Source: Zygophlyctis sp. KS116
Taxonomy: Eukaryota > Fungi > Chytridiomycota
Reading direction: 5' to 3'
DNA length: 23,740 bases
Assembly (NCBI GenBank): GCA_054661495.1
Contig: BAAFSQ010000154.1
Location: 1 to 23,740, forward strand
Shown: in pieces, positions 21,095 through 23,740 of the stretch
How the letters are laid out: the number at the start of each line of letters is the position of its first letter
Position numbering within the stretch: the stretch's first letter is position 1
The notes under the pieces: generated by a model
The model's input: only the letters and a program-made list of their open reading frames with translations
What the model was told of the DNA's origin: nothing
Databases searched by the model: none
Position numbers and translations under genes: made by a program

Positions 21095-23133
21095 GATGGG
21101 AGAAGAGATTCAAATACATTTCCTTCATCTTCTTCGTCTTCATTAGTAGGTATTATTGGTTGTTGAGATCTTGTAGATCGTGATCTTGAAGGGATCCAGT
21201 CAACACTTGATTTTTTAACTTCCTTTTTAGTTGTTGTACGTCTTGGTTGCTTTGAGGGTGGTGCTGCAGACTTTCTAGTAGGTTTAGCTTTGGGCGCAGG
21301 TTCATACTGGGGTTCGGATAAATCTTCTCCATCACTTATAACTGGAAGAGTATTTGGAGCGATTTTTGAAATTTTGGCTTTTCTGACTCTAGAAGAAGTA
21401 GTAACAGGCTGAATCACTGGAGATGAAGGCTCTTGAGACTCTTGATCCGAGTCTACAATATTTTTTCTTTTCCTAGAGTCTGGGACATTACGCTGAGTTT
21501 TTGAAATGATTGGAGAAGTATTGTCTTTTTCAATTTTAGAATTGTATTCATCGAATTGAGCTTTTTTGGTCCTAGCGACCTGATATTATAAAATATAATA
21601 ATATACCTCTGTTTCAAGTACATCGTCATCTTCAAATTCAATTTTACAAACATCAATCCCTTTTCTGGTTTTTTCCAGAGATTTATCCAAGAAACTGATT
21701 TTAGCAAAGTTTTATTACCTTTTAATCGCATCCCTGTCTTCACGATCAGCAAATAGAGTAACAGCCTCATGAAATTGGTTTTCAGGTAAAATACCCAAAT
21801 GCTGTACTCCAAGAAACTCATTTACCAAATCAGACACGGCAAGCCTTTCCATTTGTGGGAGTATACCAATGTCTGGCATATCAGGCTCAGTCACAGACTT
21901 TGTTTTATCCTTTTTTCTCCTGTAAAAATGTATTATATCTAAAGGATTGGCAACTTTAGATACAAAAGACTGTCCAAATCTTTGAGGATTACAAGGATTA
22001 AAACCACCCGAATATTCTACTCTTAACCTTACCAGCGGTTTTGGGAAATCAGATTCATTTTTTCCAGAATTCATTGATAGCCATTCATCCAATGACTTTT
22101 CAATCAGTAATTCAACCTTTTTTTTAAAATTTTATAGAATTACTTGATTATGTAAAAAAATTAAAAGACCACTAGAATCTTTTGGATTTAAATCAGTTTT
22201 TTCTAATTCAAAATCCTGAATAACAAAAGGCCTAACAGATTTCAATCTAATCTTTTTAAAATCCCATTTCTCTTGCTGCAATTCAAGAATCCCAACGTGT
22301 TTAATTTTAGATTCCCCTTCACACAAGGACGTAGCAACTGAAGATCCTGGCTGAGACACAAAAAATGATCGTTCTGGATTATGATTTGGCTCTATTAAAC
22401 ACCTTTTCCTATTATTTTAAATAAATTACTCATGTTCATGTCCCCAAATAACAAAATCCAAAAAAGAGTCCAAGAAATTTTCTGGTATAAAATTTTTTAC
22501 CGAATGTGCAACTCTATTTTGATGTAAAACCAGTATATTAAACCATTCCTTTGAACCATCTTGAGTCACTGGCCTTATAAATCCCACTTTATCAGACGTA
22601 AAAGCTCTATATAGTGACTGATCTCTAATATTCCCTAATCCATATAATGCAAGTTTAACATTTCCTTTTTTCAATAGAATTGGAGATATTTGTACATCAT
22701 CAACCTTTGATTGTTTCCCAAAGTAATTGATCAGACCAGTAGAAGAAATCAAATCCAACGAACAAAGCCCCAACTGACCGCTTGGCTCATCATGATTTCC
22801 GTGAATAGAAAATATTGGCAATTGAATATTAATATTTAAATTCTCAAAATTCACATCCTGCCCATTAAAATCAACATTTTTATCTGACAAATATTCCAGC
22901 GAAGACGGATTATTCCCCATTGTATACTTTTTAAGAATTTCAATAGTTTTGTACAATGTGAATCTCGACGGATTGTTTGCATGAAATAGATCGCCGCCCA
23001 AAATCACACAATCGACCTTCTCCTGTGCAGCTATTTGTAATACTTCCTCAAATGCATCAAAGGAATCTGATCCTCTGAGTGGATCCTTCTCTAAATAGCC
23101 AAGATGATTATCAGAAGAAATCAGAATTCTCAT
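21091..23133 (-). CDS. MRE11: Double-strand break repair nuclease Mre11, about 5 exons
   Basis: SDNHLGY, GGDLFH, SIHGNHD, LHQNR, WGHEHE, QPGSSVATSLCEGE, PLVRLRVEYSG, NPQRFGQ.FV.KVANP. Confidence 0.96.
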
Positions 23134-23576
23134 TTAGAGCTAGGGTAATTGACCGTCTAAACTCATAGTCTCGGCGAGTCAATTGTAAACTTTTATTTTG
23201 TAACATCATAGACCAGTATGACTGATGAGACTCTACCCGAAACTGTTTCTAATAAATTATCTGATCCGCTATCGTGGAGCATTGTTGCTTGTCATTAAAA
23301 ATTACACTGACAATGACACAATCATCCAATCTTGAAATGACGCAATAGTTCATGTGACGCCGGCCTAGACATAAGGATCAATGACGTCGTCAGAAAGTTA
23401 ATCTCCGAATTGCGTGACTTGCACTATTTACTACGAGGATAAAATATTAACCGGGATATGATAAATGTTTAACCGAGCAGATGATTACAATCATTCGATT
23501 ATTAGATACAACTGACGTAATGGCTCAATGATTTATTCCGTTTCGCGACACGTAAGTTGAGGATAAATTATAAATC
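23134..23576. promoter_or_regulatory. Divergent intergenic region with clustered TGACG/TGACGCAAT-like (bZIP-type) motifs
   Basis: ATGACACAAT 23313, ATGACGCAAT 23337, GTGACGCC 23354, ATGACGTCGTCA 23381, ATGATTACAATCAT 23481, CTGACGTAAT 23512. Confidence 0.45.
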
Positions 23577-23740
23577 ATGACTGATCAGGTTGGAGAATCT
23601 AATGGCTTAATTAATAATGGTGATGGGATTACTTTTAAGTATCTTGCTACAGTAATTGAAACTTCTATTTTTGCTACTGGCTATAAATTGCAAAACAAAA
23701 TTAATGAAAAACGTCTTTATCGAAGAAATATTTCGACTGC
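23577..23740 (+). CDS. Hypothetical protein, 3' truncated by the window edge
   Basis: ATG 23577 opens a stop-free frame to the end of the window (MTDQVGESNGLINNGDGITFKYLATVIETSIFATGYKLQNKINEKRLYRRNIST). No family recognised. Confidence 0.4.
   Translation, partial: MTDQVGESNGLINNGDGITFKYLATVIETSIFATGYKLQNKINEKRLYRRNIST

Noticed and set aside
1752-23133. Fragmented ORFs read as pseudogenes, frameshifts or stop-codon reassignment
   Set aside because: The breaks I traced are repaired by 23-33-nt GT-AG introns, and TAA, TAG and TGA all terminate genes at plausible C-termini, so the standard code fits.
1-23740. tRNA, rRNA, transposase or prokaryotic defence operon
   Set aside because: I saw no cloverleaf, rRNA-like or transposase sequence, and almost all bases are accounted for by spliced eukaryotic genes.

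Overview
This is not prokaryotic DNA. It is an AT-rich, extremely gene-dense eukaryotic nuclear region, most consistent with a flagellated (zoosporic, chytrid-type) fungus: fungal-type Spa2/Nnf1/Pex1 occur alongside the ciliary genes ARL3 and CFAP144/FAM183 and a Crinkler-type NTPase-REase gene. The ORF track is fragmented because genes are split by roughly 60 tiny GT-AG introns; those I measured are 23-33 nt. Manual splicing gives this order: CRN-like effector (5' truncated), ATG2, RRP41, RPC53, MIC60, PEX1, a 95-aa Syn8-like Qc-SNARE absent from the ORF track, SPA2, ARL3, CFAP144, lipin/PAH1, CRD1, RNH202, NNF1, MRE11 and a 3'-truncated unknown ORF. The most striking signal is the gene architecture. 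Convergent genes end 0-19 bp apart or share overlapping stop codons. Divergent genes can start 6 bp apart (PEX1/SNARE) or have crossed start codons (lipin/CRD1 share ATGTCAT). Most starts have a YAG within 6 nt, and a TAGACSG motif recurs about 27 nt upstream of three starts. Together these suggest near-leaderless mRNAs, promoters embedded in neighbouring genes and pervasive sense-antisense overlap. All gene models were spliced by eye without RNA data or database searches.
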